Shown here one piece after another: positions 43,893 through 57,749 of a DNA stretch of 64,000 nucleotides. This DNA comes from Octopus vulgaris. Lineage: Eukaryota. A program made the position numbers and the translations under genes. Each line of letters begins with the position of its first letter. The first letter of the stretch is position 1. The stretch is taken from positions 10,354,001 through 10,418,000 of the forward strand of contig OX597828.1 in assembly GCA_951406725.2 (NCBI GenBank), read 5' to 3'. The notes under the pieces were generated by a model that ran no database searches, had not been told where the DNA came from, and was given only the letters and a program-made list of their open reading frames with translations.

Positions 43893-44093
43893 AATTAGGG
43901 TATCTAAGAGATACCAACATGCTGAAATAGCAGTCAAAACCTCTGACCCTAAAACCACCTTAAATGTTCATATCGCGCTAGTAGAGAAGGCAAGGAGACG
44001 AAATAAACTAGCAAAAAAGGATTTTTCTGAATAATTCAAGACCCTGGATTTCTGGCTTTGCATGAGAAGCTCTGCCTTCTTCAGTTGAATATA
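43893..44093 (-). mobile_element. ~200 bp PLE-type pLTR solo element between (TA)n tracts
   Basis: (TA)n on both sides. Starts with an intact hammerhead and ends ...gataccctaatt(TA)n on the minus strand. Confidence 0.8.
44034..44090 (-). ncRNA. Type I hammerhead ribozyme motif, canonical core
   Basis: Minus strand: attcaa-CTGAAGA-a-ggc..gcc-a-GAAA-tcc-a-ggg-TC-ttgaat. 6-bp stem I, GUC triplet. Confidence 0.85.
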
Positions 44094-44112
44094 CTATATA
44101 TATATATATATA

Positions 44113-44423
44113 TCACCGTGATCACCGTGACTGACCAAGCTATCAGATGTTGCTACACATCGCTGGTCACAATGCGCTTCACATTGTTTTAGCCTTCAAA
44201 TGACGCCACCCCGCTGGCTAAGCGAGCAGGCCAACAGAAGAAAGAGTGAGAAAAAGTTGTGGCGAAAGAGTACAACATGGGTCGCCACCACCCCCTGCCG
44301 GAACCTCGTGGAGCTCTAGGTGTTTTCGCTCAATAAACACTCGCAACGCCCGGTTTGGGGATCGAAACCGCGGTCCTACGACCGCGAGACCACTGCCCTA
44401 ACCACTAGGCTATTGCGCCTCCA
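44113..44423 (-). mobile_element. tRNA-derived SINE family C with RTE-like 3' tail
   Basis: Head tggaggcgcaaTAGCCTAGTGGttag...GTTTCGATCC. Tail tgtgaccagcgatgt...tggtcagtcacggtgatcacggtga. Inserted in (TA)n. Confidence 0.85.
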
Positions 44424-44459
<36 letters not shown>

Positions 44460-45727
44460 ATTCGCGCTGATAAGTGTTTTTGTGCGTTGATGTATGTTTT
44501 GGTGTACCATGTTTGCGTCTATAACTGTTTCATTGGTATTTCGTTTAGCAATCTAGGCTCAAATCGGTGTGAGCAAGTATGTCCGCGTATGCATATGTCC
44601 CAGTGTGTACATGTGTCTCAACCTTTATTTATGTGTGTCTGTTTGTATGCATGTGTCCGTGTGTGCATATACAGGTGTGTATATATGTGTGAGAGAGAGA
44701 GTAAATGAGGTCACGTGGCATGGTTGATATGATGATCCTGGCTTCAATTACTAGACGGCGTTGTGCGTTGTAATCTCAAATAAAATATTTCATTTCATGT
44801 TACTATGTTACTCTACGGTCACTTCGATCCCGGCCTGTAGTTTATGGGGCCACCCCTTACATTAATGCCCTCTGTATTTGTAAAGTCTATTGCTGGAAAT
44901 CGCTCACCGTCCTTAGCCGTTGTTGTCCTCATTACTGTATAGGCTCTCTCTGAGGTAATCTCTTGAGGCACATTCTTTATTCCAATTTTGCCTATTACAT
45001 AAAGATTTTACAATTAATTCTTATTATGGTTAATCGGTTATTTATTACTTAGTTATTCTAGCAGCATTTTTCTGTTTTCCCCTTGCACCTCCTCCCTATC
45101 TCAGCATATCTTCTTCTTCTGCTAGCTCCACCCCAAATTCTCTAGCCGATTTCTTCCCTCCTCCTGTCACTCTGAATAGCCAGCTAAAATCTCTCGCCTG
45201 CTCGATAAGGTCCTCCACCACAATGGCGGTCCCTTAACATTACCTTATTCTCTCCCTTCTATATTCTATACTTTTCTTCATCTATTCTACCTCTGTTCAT
45301 TTACCTCCTGTCATAGAAACAGCCTCTCTCCCTGCCTTGCATTTCTCCTTCTCTACCTCAGTTCCCCTTCCTTCGTCGCTTATATCGTCCCTCTCTCTCT
45401 CCGTCTTTTGTTCTTATTTTCCCACCTCTTTCACTTCAACCCTTAAATTTCTCGCACTTGTATGTGCCCTGCTTTGCCAATTTTCACTTGATGAAGTGTG
45501 TCCAGTTTTATAGTAGTATCTCTGTGTAACTGTTTCTTGGTTGAATATGCAAGAATTCTTGCACATTCTTTCAGCAAATTATGAACATTGGGAGGTTACA
45601 TAATACCGAACTTCCTGAAACAGCTATCGATTAACGAAATTATGTATTCCCCTCTTAGTATTCTGTAATTTTCATGTCCTATATTCTATGTGTGTGTATG
45701 TTTGTGTATATATATATATATATATAT

Positions 45728-45849
45728 CCTCCTTACGATTGGGATCACGTGGATGACAAAGGCGCGATCCAGAGAGGACTGGACAGCGTACTGTGACCAG
45801 CGGTGTCAAATGGACGCCTGACGGACTGGTCGGTCAAGTGATCAAGTGA
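45728..45849 (+). mobile_element. 3' end of an RTE-clade LINE in (TA)n
   Basis: ITWMTKARSREDWTAYCDQRCQMDA* fits the W...A..R..W C-terminal motif of RTE ORFs. Short 3' UTR and tandem tail tcaagtgatcaagtga. Confidence 0.7.
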
Positions 45850-45858
45850 TATATACAC

Positions 45859-45904
<46 letters not shown>

Positions 45905-46407
45905 CAAAATACTAAATAAAACACGAGCATATATGCATACGTATATGTACGTACCTACATCTATATGTATATATACATGCCTATATGGGTACAGGACACC
46001 CAAAAAACGTGAAACACAATGAGAAACGAAAACATTAACACAAAACCAAGGAAATGGACATTTTTCTTAAACAACGAAAAAATAGAGTACAAGACATACA
46101 TCACAAGGAACATTCCCTTATACGTATGTATGTGTATATAATTATATATATATATATATATACACGCGCGCGCGCACACACATAGTTTCCAGAAAACAAA
46201 GGACGAAGTCAGGAAGCAGGTGTATTAGTTTGACACTCGGGAACAATGGAAAACTCTTTGACATTTCGAGCCTATAGGATTGAGAGGAAAGAAAATGGAG
46301 GGAGAAGAAAACATACAGGTGTTGTCTCTATGTGTGTGTCCTAGTATGCATGCGTGTGTGTGAAGTGCATATCCAAATACGTTTTAAAGGTGTTCTGTTA
46401 CGTTAGT

Positions 46408-46947
46408 CAGTGGCTCCCAAACGGCGGAAGAGGGTAGCAGGTGAGGCAGGATGATTGAAAAACAAACAAAGATTTAGAAACAGTTTCAAAAAAGTCAAGC
46501 CAAAAACAAATATGCTTAAAATGTTTAAAACAGTATTTACTTTTTTTTCTTTTTTTCTTTTTTTTTTTTGATATACAACCAGAAACAATATCCACTTATC
46601 TCTTCAAAAACAGTATCCATTATTCTACAGATCTCTACGACATATTACTGCGACAAGGATAATAAGTTCTAACAACAAATATGAAAAACAAAATTTAGAA
46701 AAGCTTTATCTCAACTTAAGTCTAAAATAAAGGAGATTACTCGTCACAACCAAGCCCACAACCTCTCATTAAATTTGTATAATTTAATCATATTATGAGT
46801 TATTTGTTTTATAATCATACTTAATGCACTTTTAGCAGGTTTTATTTTATTTCTAGATGTAGTTTTCATCACATAAAATTTGGTGAGGCGTGATCAAATT
46901 TTCATTCCAAAAATGCGACCCAGAGATAAAACGTTCGGGACCCACTG
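46408..46947. mobile_element. Possible non-autonomous hAT-type DNA transposon
   Basis: Imperfect termini cagtggctcccaaac ... gttcgggacccactg resemble hAT CAGTGGTTCCCAA TIRs. No clear 8-bp TSD. Confidence 0.45.
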
Positions 46948-47339
46948 CTTTATGCAGAAGAATTGTAATCAGGTAAAACTACTCACTACAAGCTGCCGGA
47001 TCCTTATTCAAATATTTTATGTAATGCTGTTATTAAATGTCGGTAATACATAGATATTTAATTTTTCTATTGATGTTTATCCTTTGCAAAAACTTTCATA
47101 CTTTCAGTGTCACGGGCTGCAAATAACAACACGTTTGCTGTCATACGATAGAATTAGGTAAGCAATGCAAACATTCGACTCACATATGACTTACATGTAT
47201 CTAACTAATAAAAATCATATTACATGCAGTGCGCTTTCTTTAAAACTACCATAATCGTTGTCGATTGTGGTGGTTCTGTTGCTGCAGCAGAACCGTAGTC
47301 CAAAAGTGAACAAGTAGAAGATATATGTATATATATACT

Positions 47340-47563
47340 CAAATACCAGTGGTAGAGTAATATGCTTTATTTAAAGCAGCATAAAATTCAACAAAACCTG
47401 TTACTCTGAGTTTCCCCGTTGCCGTTCATCGGACAGTTTTTGCTCCGATGAACGGCAACGGGAAACTCAGAGTAACAGGTTTTGTTGAATTTTCTGCTGC
47501 TTTAAATAAAGCATATTACTCTACCACTGGTATTTGTGTACTCTTTTTTGCACCGTGTTTCAC
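47340..47563. mobile_element. Near-perfect ~94-bp fold-back hairpin PLE-type element in (TA)n
   Basis: 47340-47433 pairs with 47444-47536 with one mismatch and a 10-nt loop (cagtttttgc). Short tail, then (TA)n. Confidence 0.85.
47398..47436 (-). ncRNA. Minimal hammerhead motif, U4C variant
   Basis: Minus strand: ctgt-CCGATGA-a-cg-gcaa-cg-gg-GAAA-ctc-a-gag-TA-acag. The plus-arm copy at 47444-47478 lacks the 5' strand of stem I. Confidence 0.7.
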
Positions 47564-47664
<101 letters not shown>

Positions 47665-49109
47665 TAGATAGATAGATAGATAGATAGATTGATAGATAGA
47701 TAGATAGATAAATATCTACATACATGCATACATATATATATATATCCATATATATACATTCATATATATATATACATATATATACATTCATATATATATA
47801 TATATATGTACATATGTATGTATGTATATATGTATGTATGCATGTATGTATGTATGTATGTATGTATGTATGTATGTGTGTATGCATCTATGTATGCATG
47901 AACGAGCAAAAACACCAGGTACACTGATTTGATATTTTGCATTGAAATCGTAACCGATCGTTAAGTGATAAACGTTCGTACGTAACGAATCATGAGTACG
48001 GCACATTTTCAGATATAATTATTGTACCTCTTGTGCTAAGACTTATGAACCGTTTTTTCTTTTAACTTTAAAAAAAAAACATGAATATAGATTGTGTTCT
48101 ATTCAAACATAAAGTGTGTCAGGAGAGAGAAATAGGTCTGGTGAATGAGGCACGGTAAAAAGGGAAACACTTAATATGTCGGAACTCTCTAAATGTATAG
48201 ACATGAAAAGATTAGGAGATACATGAAAGTGTAGACGGTACCAAACAAAATCGGAATCAACATATGCAAATTGTAATTTAAAAATCGTGAATAGCTTTAA
48301 TTAATTGATTTATAAATATATCGAAGTATATAGTTATTGATACCTATATTTTGTCGTCTAAATTATTCATTATTTGTTTGACATCATTTAATGAGCATTC
48401 ACGTGATATCTACAAAGAGATGATTTCTAAGTGCGCTATATATAGGTCCAATACAGTATCGAAACAGGTACAATTATTTTTATAATTTTTTTTTTTACTA
48501 GCTTTAATCAAATTCCATTAATAACGTTTTTAAAAATATTTCCTATAACATGTCTTTAATCTCGAAAACTGTTCCAATCATATACATTTCAAAAGTAATT
48601 GATCAATGTTCATAGTTTAATGACGGGAAATATATCGCCTAGAATTGTACTTCGCTCTAGCAAATGATAAAGATAAAATAAGCCGTCAATGTTTTTAAAA
48701 AAATGTTATTAGATTAGTACATATTGAAAACCAATAAAATGGACATAGTTGGGAGAAAATGTAATTCACTCTATTTATTGAGATGGCTAATCAATCTCCG
48801 ACTAATCTATTATCTACTATTCAATCAAAGCTTCCCTCTCTCTGTCTTCGATTATGCTATGCTCTTTTCTTATCTGGGGAAATAGTCACGCACACATTCA
48901 GCGCATACATACACCCACACATACACATATTCACTCTCTCTCTCTTTCCCTTCTTTCTCTCTCTCTCTCTCTCAATTCTTCTCCATCTCTGATTATGTAT
49001 AATGTGTTTATACTCATACACACGAGCATCTATATATGTATACATTGATATACATATATATATAAATATAGTTCTCCCGCCCTCTTTCTCTCACTACATA
49101 TGTATATAT

Positions 49110-49211
<102 letters not shown>

Positions 49212-49644
49212 CACATACATATATGCATGGTTATTTACGTACATATATAAGCATACATATTTAGACATCTTTCTCCCATTTTCATTCTCTCTCCCTCTCC
49301 TTCTCTCTCTCCCCCTCTCTCTCTCTCTCTCTCGCTTGCCGCGGAACAAAATCACAGGCGACCATATTCGCTTGAAGCGTCAGAGGAATGGTAAGATTTG
49401 ACTAAAGTAACGTTTTTAATATTATTTTCATATTGGTGAGAAGTAAAAGCAGCAATGTGTTTACCACTATTTAATGTTAGTGGAAAAAGCAAGAATTAAA
49501 ATGTGCAATATCGTCGGCAAAGTAGCGTAAATTTGGACAAAGTCGATCTTTGACTGATCAAAAGACGGATGATGGGATAAATGACCAGGTTTAAGACAGA
49601 TGGTAGAATACATATTCAGCCGTGAGTCCGGGTACTTTTAAGTG

Positions 49645-49965
49645 TGGGTCGATAGATTAAGTACTAGTTGCATACTGGGGTTGATCTAATCTACTGGCCC
49701 CCTACCCCAAAATTTTGGGCCCTGTGCCTAGTGTAGAAAAGAATATTTTTGTCTTCTTAAGGCGGCGAGCTGGCAGAATCGTTAGCAAGCCGGAGAAAAC
49801 GCTTAGCGGCAATTTGTCAGTCTTTACATTCTGAGTTCAAATGCCGACTTTGCTTCCATCATTTTGTGATCGATAAGATATGTCCTAGTTCAGCACTGAG
49901 GTCGATTGTAATCAACGTACCCCTTCTCCGATCATACTGGTCTTTGTGCTAAAACTTGAAAGCAA
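49645..49965 (+). mobile_element. Two adjacent SINE family D copies (3' part 49645-49745; near-full 49757-49965)
   Basis: gggtcgata..ttaagtactagttgcatactgggg...tgtgcctagtgtagaaaa, then taaggcggcgagctggcagaatcgttagc...ctgagttcaaat. Confidence 0.8.
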
Positions 49966-52929
49966 TATTTTTGTGATCTGATGTGCACGCATAATCATCT
50001 GTATATTAAAGCCATTATGTTGTGAGGTGGATAAGGGATAATGTTTGGATGTAGCATGCGTTCATGTGCTTGTAGGCAATCAACGTGTGAGTAGACGGGA
50101 ACAAGTTGGAAGGCATGTGCAGTTCTGTTTTCATATGGGTGCTTTGCGTACATATGTGTGTATGCATGCTTTATATAACTGCGCAAACATACATACACAC
50201 ACATACATACGCATTAAAAAACATGTATAATGAGTATCATTATTATTATTATCACCATCAATAGCATTTTCTGATGTTGACATATATCTCTAAACGGTCT
50301 GTGTAAGCATTTTGGGTGGAACATAATGAAACCGCAGTAAGGAGAATTAAGAAAAGGTGCATATCTGGTGTGGCTCATCTTGTCATCCTGCTTCCCATTC
50401 ACTTATATACTTGCAAAGTGGTAGCATGCATCGTGTACACAGGGACTGTGCACAGGGAGATATATACATTAAATTTGTAAGTGTTAGCTTTTATCGTAAC
50501 GGTAATTCGGGCCCCCTAGTTCTTGCGGCCTATCTTGCAGTTCTCCATTTATAATCATATTCTGCAGTCTATGACTCAATATTATCTGAGTATGACCAAG
50601 CCATCGCAGCTAGGGATATAACATAATAGCTTGAAAACTCCTGGGCCATATCCGATCAAATATTCCATAATTCCATAATTTGCCAATATATGCATAATAT
50701 TTCTATGAAGTTTGAATATGGTCAAAGTTCCAAATACTTTATGCCTCTTCGATGATGCAGCAAAACTAGTGCTTATACAAGACTGTTTGGGAGACATCTT
50801 ATTGATAAATAATCAAGTATGCCCTCCACACCTGAAAAAAATATGGTTTACTTTTGAACAGGATGATCATGGATTTGAATTTAAACATGAAGGTGTTTAC
50901 CTTCAATGCGAAGATTCTGCTAAAACACTTTTTCAATATTAATTTCTTGATATAAACATGAATAAACATTATGAAATATATAAAAATATGACCTGCAGCT
51001 CTTCGTGAGTGTGCTTTATAAGGATTCTGTTATTAATACGTTGATATTCGTACGGAGAGACATTTAGTTTGGAATTGATTGGATCTCCCAATGTTGTATA
51101 CAATTCCATCATAAAATACTAAAGAAGAAATCTACGACATATATTTGGAATTATTTCTGCGCAGCTACAACATAGGAGCAAAAACACCACTCATCCTATT
51201 TTGAGAGCTTCCTATTGTTAACAATGGTCAACGCCCTCAGCAGTAGTGAATCTGCCCTGTCATATATTTATGAAGAGGTTTAAGGGAGCTTAAAAAATGA
51301 AGCGGGTATTCGAAGTACATTCCACAATATATCGTGTAAAATAGGACACTTACAAAAACCTACGTATGTACTGAGAGTGTCATCGTTCTTAGTAATTTGA
51401 AAACTAAGAGTTGTAAACCAACTATTGTTACGATACCTGTGAGATGAATGATAGACTTAAATCCGCCTTTGAGCACAGAACATACAGCATAATGGGTCAT
51501 AATGAAACATCATAAACTATGCTGATCTCTCCCCTGGTAATTTTGATGCATACGACTTTGACCACAATCTATAAAAAGAAGTGGTTATGTTTTATCTGGA
51601 TTATTGTACGAAGCGAACATCATTGAGAAGAGCAAAAGTAAAATATTTTCTTGCTTTAAATTTCACTAATCTCAGATCATTAGATTACACTACTCATTTC
51701 TTCACAGATAAGCAGTGAATTCTGCATCTTTGTAGTTTCGAGTTCAATTCTACTGCATGACACCTCAGTATCCTCTTCTTTATCTAATCCTCAATCGACC
51801 AAATCCGACTGTGCATCACTTGTCAGACAGTTTCAGGATTTGAACTTAAAATGCAACGGGAAGTACTAGGGCAACGCAAGTTTTACTGACGCGCTAGCAA
51901 TTCTACCAGTTCACAGCCTTTAATTTTCTTTCTGAAGGACAATTTACTTTTAGTAGTCACTTTCTATAATGGTACATTTTAGGTCAAGGAGAACATTTCC
52001 GATAAGAGTTATATAATTTTTATCAAGTATTGTAAAAACCTGAAACAGTTGAAGCCAGTGATATACTTTTTGACATCGTTACACGATCTTCTATTAATAG
52101 GAACTATATCTTATTGAAACCTTCTTACCATTTTAAATTTGAAAGAACGCATTGTTTAAAGTATTTCTGAATATCTTACTTTTTAAGACAAGATCCCACT
52201 TGACATATGTCGCTTCCATTTGATCAAAAATTCAATTTCTGTATACTGTAGGCGATGGCAAACTTATTGCTTCAGATTCCATCATCACCAGAGCAGGTAT
52301 TTGTCTATTTGCCGTATGAATTATTTCAGTAAATCAAAGTTATGTATGCCTTATATTACGTCGGTGAAATCCTATTGACTGTGAACTTAATTGTTGGATA
52401 AGCCTTTAAGGTAATTTCCGTAGGCACTTTGTTGATATTTATATTCTGTCTCATTACAATATTGCTATTTCTATCTGAGAAAGACCTTAATATAAGATAT
52501 GCAATTAAAAAGAAACAGATATTCTCTTTCATTAGACTGGTTCTCAACCTAGTCTCCCCTCCACTTGTGCTACATCGATCCAACGAATTTTTCCTAGTTT
52601 CGAAATGCATGGAGCAACCCGTTTTCAAATATAGTACACGATTCTCAAAACGCATAGTCATCAACACTTGAGGAAGGTGGGTATTTTAGTGAAAAATAAA
52701 AGTCCGAAGTGGTTAAATCTGGAGGACGGGGAGATTTTGTGAAGAACGGCTACTAATATTTTACTTTGCTAAAAAAGTTATCTGATGCGTTATCAAGGTG
52801 TAGCATCCATTATTTGCATATGTAGATTTCAGTCCTCTTCCATCTCTCTGACTGTTCCAAACGCTTCAGATTATTCAAGTCAAAGTCTTTATTAATCATC
52901 TGCTCACATGAAACAAATTTCTGCTGCAA

Positions 52930-53530
52930 GGAACCTTTCCAGCAAAAGGACATGATCTACTTCCGTAACCTACAAATGTGAGACTTTCAGATATTTTTTT
53001 TTCTTGTGACTCTTTCATGATGATTCAGCATATTGGAGCGGTTGTGTTTCGGTTTCGATATCATAGTCCCACATGAACATTTTGTCATAGCTCTTTTCTG
53101 AAAATTTTAATCTTTCGAACGATAAGTCATACACATCGTGACCGACGTTTTGTTCGTCTCTACAAAAATGGGCAACACACATTTCATGGCATCTTGGCAC
53201 ATCTTCAATATTTCTTTTGAAATCATTGTGACATGGGCATCTACCGATATCTACCATTGCAGAAGCTTCACATGAATCAGGCATGTTTTTCCCTTTACAG
53301 CAAGCATATTCGCCATTTGACAGTGTTCCCTTATTATGGAAATCGCTTGCATTTCATATAGATTCAATTGCATATTATTCCAAGCTCACAAAGCCATTAA
53401 TTTCTATGATATTAGGAATGGCTCAAACACACCTATGTATAACACTGTCGCAATATAAGCAAACTCGGCAAAATGCTTCTCATAATTTGAACTAGAATTT
53501 TACATAAATCACTGCTGTTCAAATCAATTA
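52930..53530 (-). pseudogene. Mariner transposase relic (N-terminal half), very degenerate
   Basis: EASAMVDIGRCPCH..CVAHF..DEQN...DKMFMWDYDIETETQPLQY..S..KK resembles mariner EVA.MV.IS.GSCH..V.AKFVP..DEQK..DETWVYGYD.ETK.QS.QW. Confidence 0.55.
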
Positions 53531-55530
53531 TTTAGCTCTTGACAAATTAGATATTGCACTACATGAACTTTCTATTTAGCAATTCGCCGAATAACTGATG
53601 TGGTGTGATATAGTTAATACTAGACTGAGCGTCAGTTTAGCTCATATACACCATGGTTTGAACCGAATCATATTTGCGAATTACTGTTAAAATTTTCCAA
53701 AAGTAGTTAATCTTACTGTAACAAATTTTATTGAGGAATTCGAAAACAGAAACACCTCTATTGCTGTCACCAGTTGGCAATAGAGGTAGAATCATTCTGT
53801 TCCCATTTGCATTGTCTTTGTATCCCATCACTTTATTTGACTGACCTATTCTAAATCATTTTTCTTGGCTATTCTTTTCTATTTTAAATAGCCCGAGATA
53901 GAATGTATGTTTGCTAATTACATAACTAATCTCAATAAATCGAATTTCCTCCAGCGAACTATATTATTTACGTGTGACTCTGCTGTATATACAATCCTAG
54001 ATGCATTGTTGGTGAAAAATAACGGGTAGCTATGCCATTAATCTATCACAATAATAAAACTGTAGCCAATGTTTTTGTTAGAAAAGTTCATTTCCATTAC
54101 ACGAAAAGAAGTGATCATTATATTATTAAAACCCTTAATATCTTTCCACTACTGACTTTCAATATTCTTAATTAACATAAAATGAAGGAAATTTGTTTGC
54201 AATTAGTGATTTCATTTATATTGTTGTTGCATTTCATTCAACCAATAACAATTGACTTATTGTTTAACAATAACGGATCATTCATTCGCTAATAATACAA
54301 ATAATTAATATATTTCGAATTCTACAAAGCTATTAGAAAGTTGTTCTAATATCATTTTACAAATATTTAGCAATGTTGCTTTCTTTTATCTAATATATTG
54401 TAAATCCATTACTACGATATCTTTGTATTATTTTGACAGCACATTGTAATATTCCATAGTTGATCCTAGAGAGAAGATTATTTTCCATTACGGAAAACAT
54501 TATTAGGTGGTCCCGGTGGAGAAGGAGAGTCATGTAAAAGTAAAATAAAATAATAATCAACAGCAATATTTCTTCTTGTATCTTTGAAGCGTATAAGCTA
54601 ATTGGATCAATTTGATTAACTACTACGATCCAAATTCATCGTTGAATAGGTCCCAAGAGAGTTGTATATGACATAACTATGTATTTATTGCTCTATCCGC
54701 CATACATTGAGATACAAGTTTATCTAAATTCAGTTCCATAAGAATAATAATTAATAGTTTTGCGACTGTTTATCAATTTATTCATTTATTCATTTATCTA
54801 TCTTTACAATTCACTTCAAAGTAAATGCTGTAGGATGAATAAATGAGAGATGCAGGGTAGGAAGATGAATTGAACACAAATTGGAAACAGTTCTTCTTCG
54901 GGGAGAAATAGAATGAATTGCATTAAAGTAATTGTGCTGAATTTATGCGTTTGTTTGACTGCCTTGCATGATATAGATGCCTTGGCTGCTTTACTTATTG
55001 ACCCATGGTCTCTAATCATGCATCCTTTGACCCGATAAAATTAACTTCTTTTTAATCTTTCATTTAATGCATTCCGACAAAATGCTATTGCCCAACCAGG
55101 GTTCGTTAAAGAATCTAAATCGAAAATTTTTTTAATGCTAATTTCATTAGAGCAGCAACAACCGAATCATGATGTCAATGTTTAGTGACTCCTACCAGGA
55201 GCAACGAAATAATTAAAAGCCTTTAATAACAACAATAACCTCATCTCCTAAATCCTTCAATTAAACAGTGCTACACAACATTCAACATGAAAAACAATAA
55301 AGAGTAAGTACTTCAGCTAAAGCAGAAAGCATTACAGCATCCACAAATAGCATCCCAGGCATTACTTTCATTACTTCCATCGGTAACCACACCCAGAGTA
55401 CTTGTTTTCTAAAAAAATATCAATAATAATCATCATCAACCCCAAAAGCAGACTAAACTATTAGTATCAGCAACAACATTGACAGCAATACCGCAAGTAT
55501 TCTCTTTGCCATGGATTAACATCTCTATTA

Positions 55531-55724
55531 TCAATAGTGACGTCTTTCCTCGAAAATATTCAAAGCATCCTTTTCGTTCTCATCTTTATCTTCGCTTTGA
55601 CCTTTAATGAACTCATCGACAATATCTCCAACATCACCACAGACATTGATAGACTTGTACCAGTGCATCCAACTATCAAATTGAAATCTAAACCATTCCT
55701 TCAACGTGAGGTTGTCTTCTTTTC
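55531..55724 (-). CDS. Candidate terminal coding exon of an unknown protein
   Basis: Acceptor gattgcttttcag, then 63 open codons KEDNLTLKEWFRFQFDSWMHWYKSINVCGDVGDIVDEFIKGQSEDKDENEKDALNIFEERRHY*. May instead be the antisense of a decayed S/T-rich plus-strand sequence. Confidence 0.3.
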
Positions 55725-56700
55725 CTGAAAAGCAATCAAAACCTAACGCATGTCACGTTTTCATGTAGAAGTGATTAATTTCTTTCAAAAATTACCAACC
55801 ACAAGTTAGTGTTTGTAATTTTAAACACCAGTGTACGGACTGTAAATCTTCAAATAGCATTATCATGAAGATTGTTCTCGGTTTTTGCAGTAGTTGTGAA
55901 TAACATAAATTGAAATTTTTTAATTCATATCCTTAACTCCCAAATTATTCCGTTGCTTTTGATTTATTAAATCCAGTATTTGTTCGTTTCCTCGCTACAT
56001 TGTACAAGTAACATAATTATTAACTTTTGCTAATTAATATTCAGATACATTCTAGCAAGTTACGATTCTAACTTTCAGACTTAAAATTAAAAGACGCAAA
56101 ATGCAGGCAGGATATTTTCCTCAAGTAAATTCATGTTGATGTATGTGCAGCTACTATTTGCTCCAATATGTAATATTTTGAAAGAACATTTCCAATGCAG
56201 ACAATATTATTACAGACAAAAGAATGTTATGCAAATGAAAATCAGATTCGAGACTCGAAGATTTATGCAATGCAATGTCTGGCTATCCCAATGTGCATTC
56301 AAATTTTATAGTGAATATGAAATAGTTCATTTTAAGAATCCACGTGCCACAAAGAAAAAATCTACATGGTCAATCGATATACTAGAAATAGTAACTCAAT
56401 CTATGTCGAATCATATCTATCTGCATTATAAAAATATTGACGTTATGATCCTGCAAGCACTCTGTCTGAAAAACAATGAAAAATAGGCGGTGTAGGCACG
56501 GTAGGAAAAATGTACAAGGATAGGTCTACTTAATCAGTACCCTGAAAGCACTGTACCTGAAAAACAATATAAATAAAATTGACATAAGCACGGCAGGAAT
56601 GATCTATAGGTATACGCTTACTGTTTCAGAACTGATCGTTGATCAAAATGAGTAAAACGTAGTTCGGTAGAGAATACTTACGGGAGATCAAGTGGTATAA

Positions 56701-56761
<61 letters not shown>

Positions 56762-57436
56762 TGTGTGTATGTGTGTGTGTGTGTGTCTGTTTGTGTGTGT
56801 GGTTGTGTGTGTGTGTATGTGTGTGCGTGCGTGCGTGTGTGTGTGTGTGTGTGTGTGTATGATTGTAATGCGTATATCGTAAATTGGTGTACTAATTCAG
56901 AATATCTGAAGATACAGTAGTCAGATCTACACAGACTTGGTCTACATCAGAATACCAATAAGTTCTATTGAAACTATAATTATATCAGCTATGTTATTGT
57001 ATCCGTTGTGCAATTTTTTCTGTCACTTGTTTAGCATCATTATAATTATTAATAAGGCCGCGATCTGGCATAATTCTTAGCACGCTGTAAGAAATTCTTA
57101 GAATATATGATTGTGTAGACATTGGAGTGTATGCGTATTTACTTAATTTATGTACTTACTATTTTGTTCCATTTCTATATTATAATTTGTAAACTTTCTG
57201 ACGTTGACCTCGTTTGTGTTTCGCACATGCTTTACTCAAACTTCGTACATCGGAGAAACTGTGCTTTCTATGGCATTAAAATTTCGTTTTTTATTATTAT
57301 TATTTTCATTAAAAGATTGTTTCCTTCAAGTTTTCCACAGGTTCCTTTATCTAATTCCATCGATGTTATTGAATAAGATTTGTTATTGAATGGGGAGCCC
57401 GGTGTAGTACATCCATGTTGTCATTCAGGGCGGCGC

Positions 57437-57749
<313 letters not shown>

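Noticed and set aside
45575-45630. gggaggtt..aacttcct-GAAAcagcta (and gaaacagctgtt at ~25482)
   Set aside because: Probably decayed PLE hammerhead halves, but CUGANGA is absent, so they are not called.
50430-51660. Coding-like unique sequence, possibly an old DNA-transposon relic
   Set aside because: I could not assign any motif, and the frames are short.
56133-56568. 117-aa ORF and a ~28-bp imperfect direct repeat (56450, 56541) resembling duplicated minus-strand acceptors
   Set aside because: No recognisable domain, and the minus-strand frames stop early. Two units are not a CRISPR-like array.
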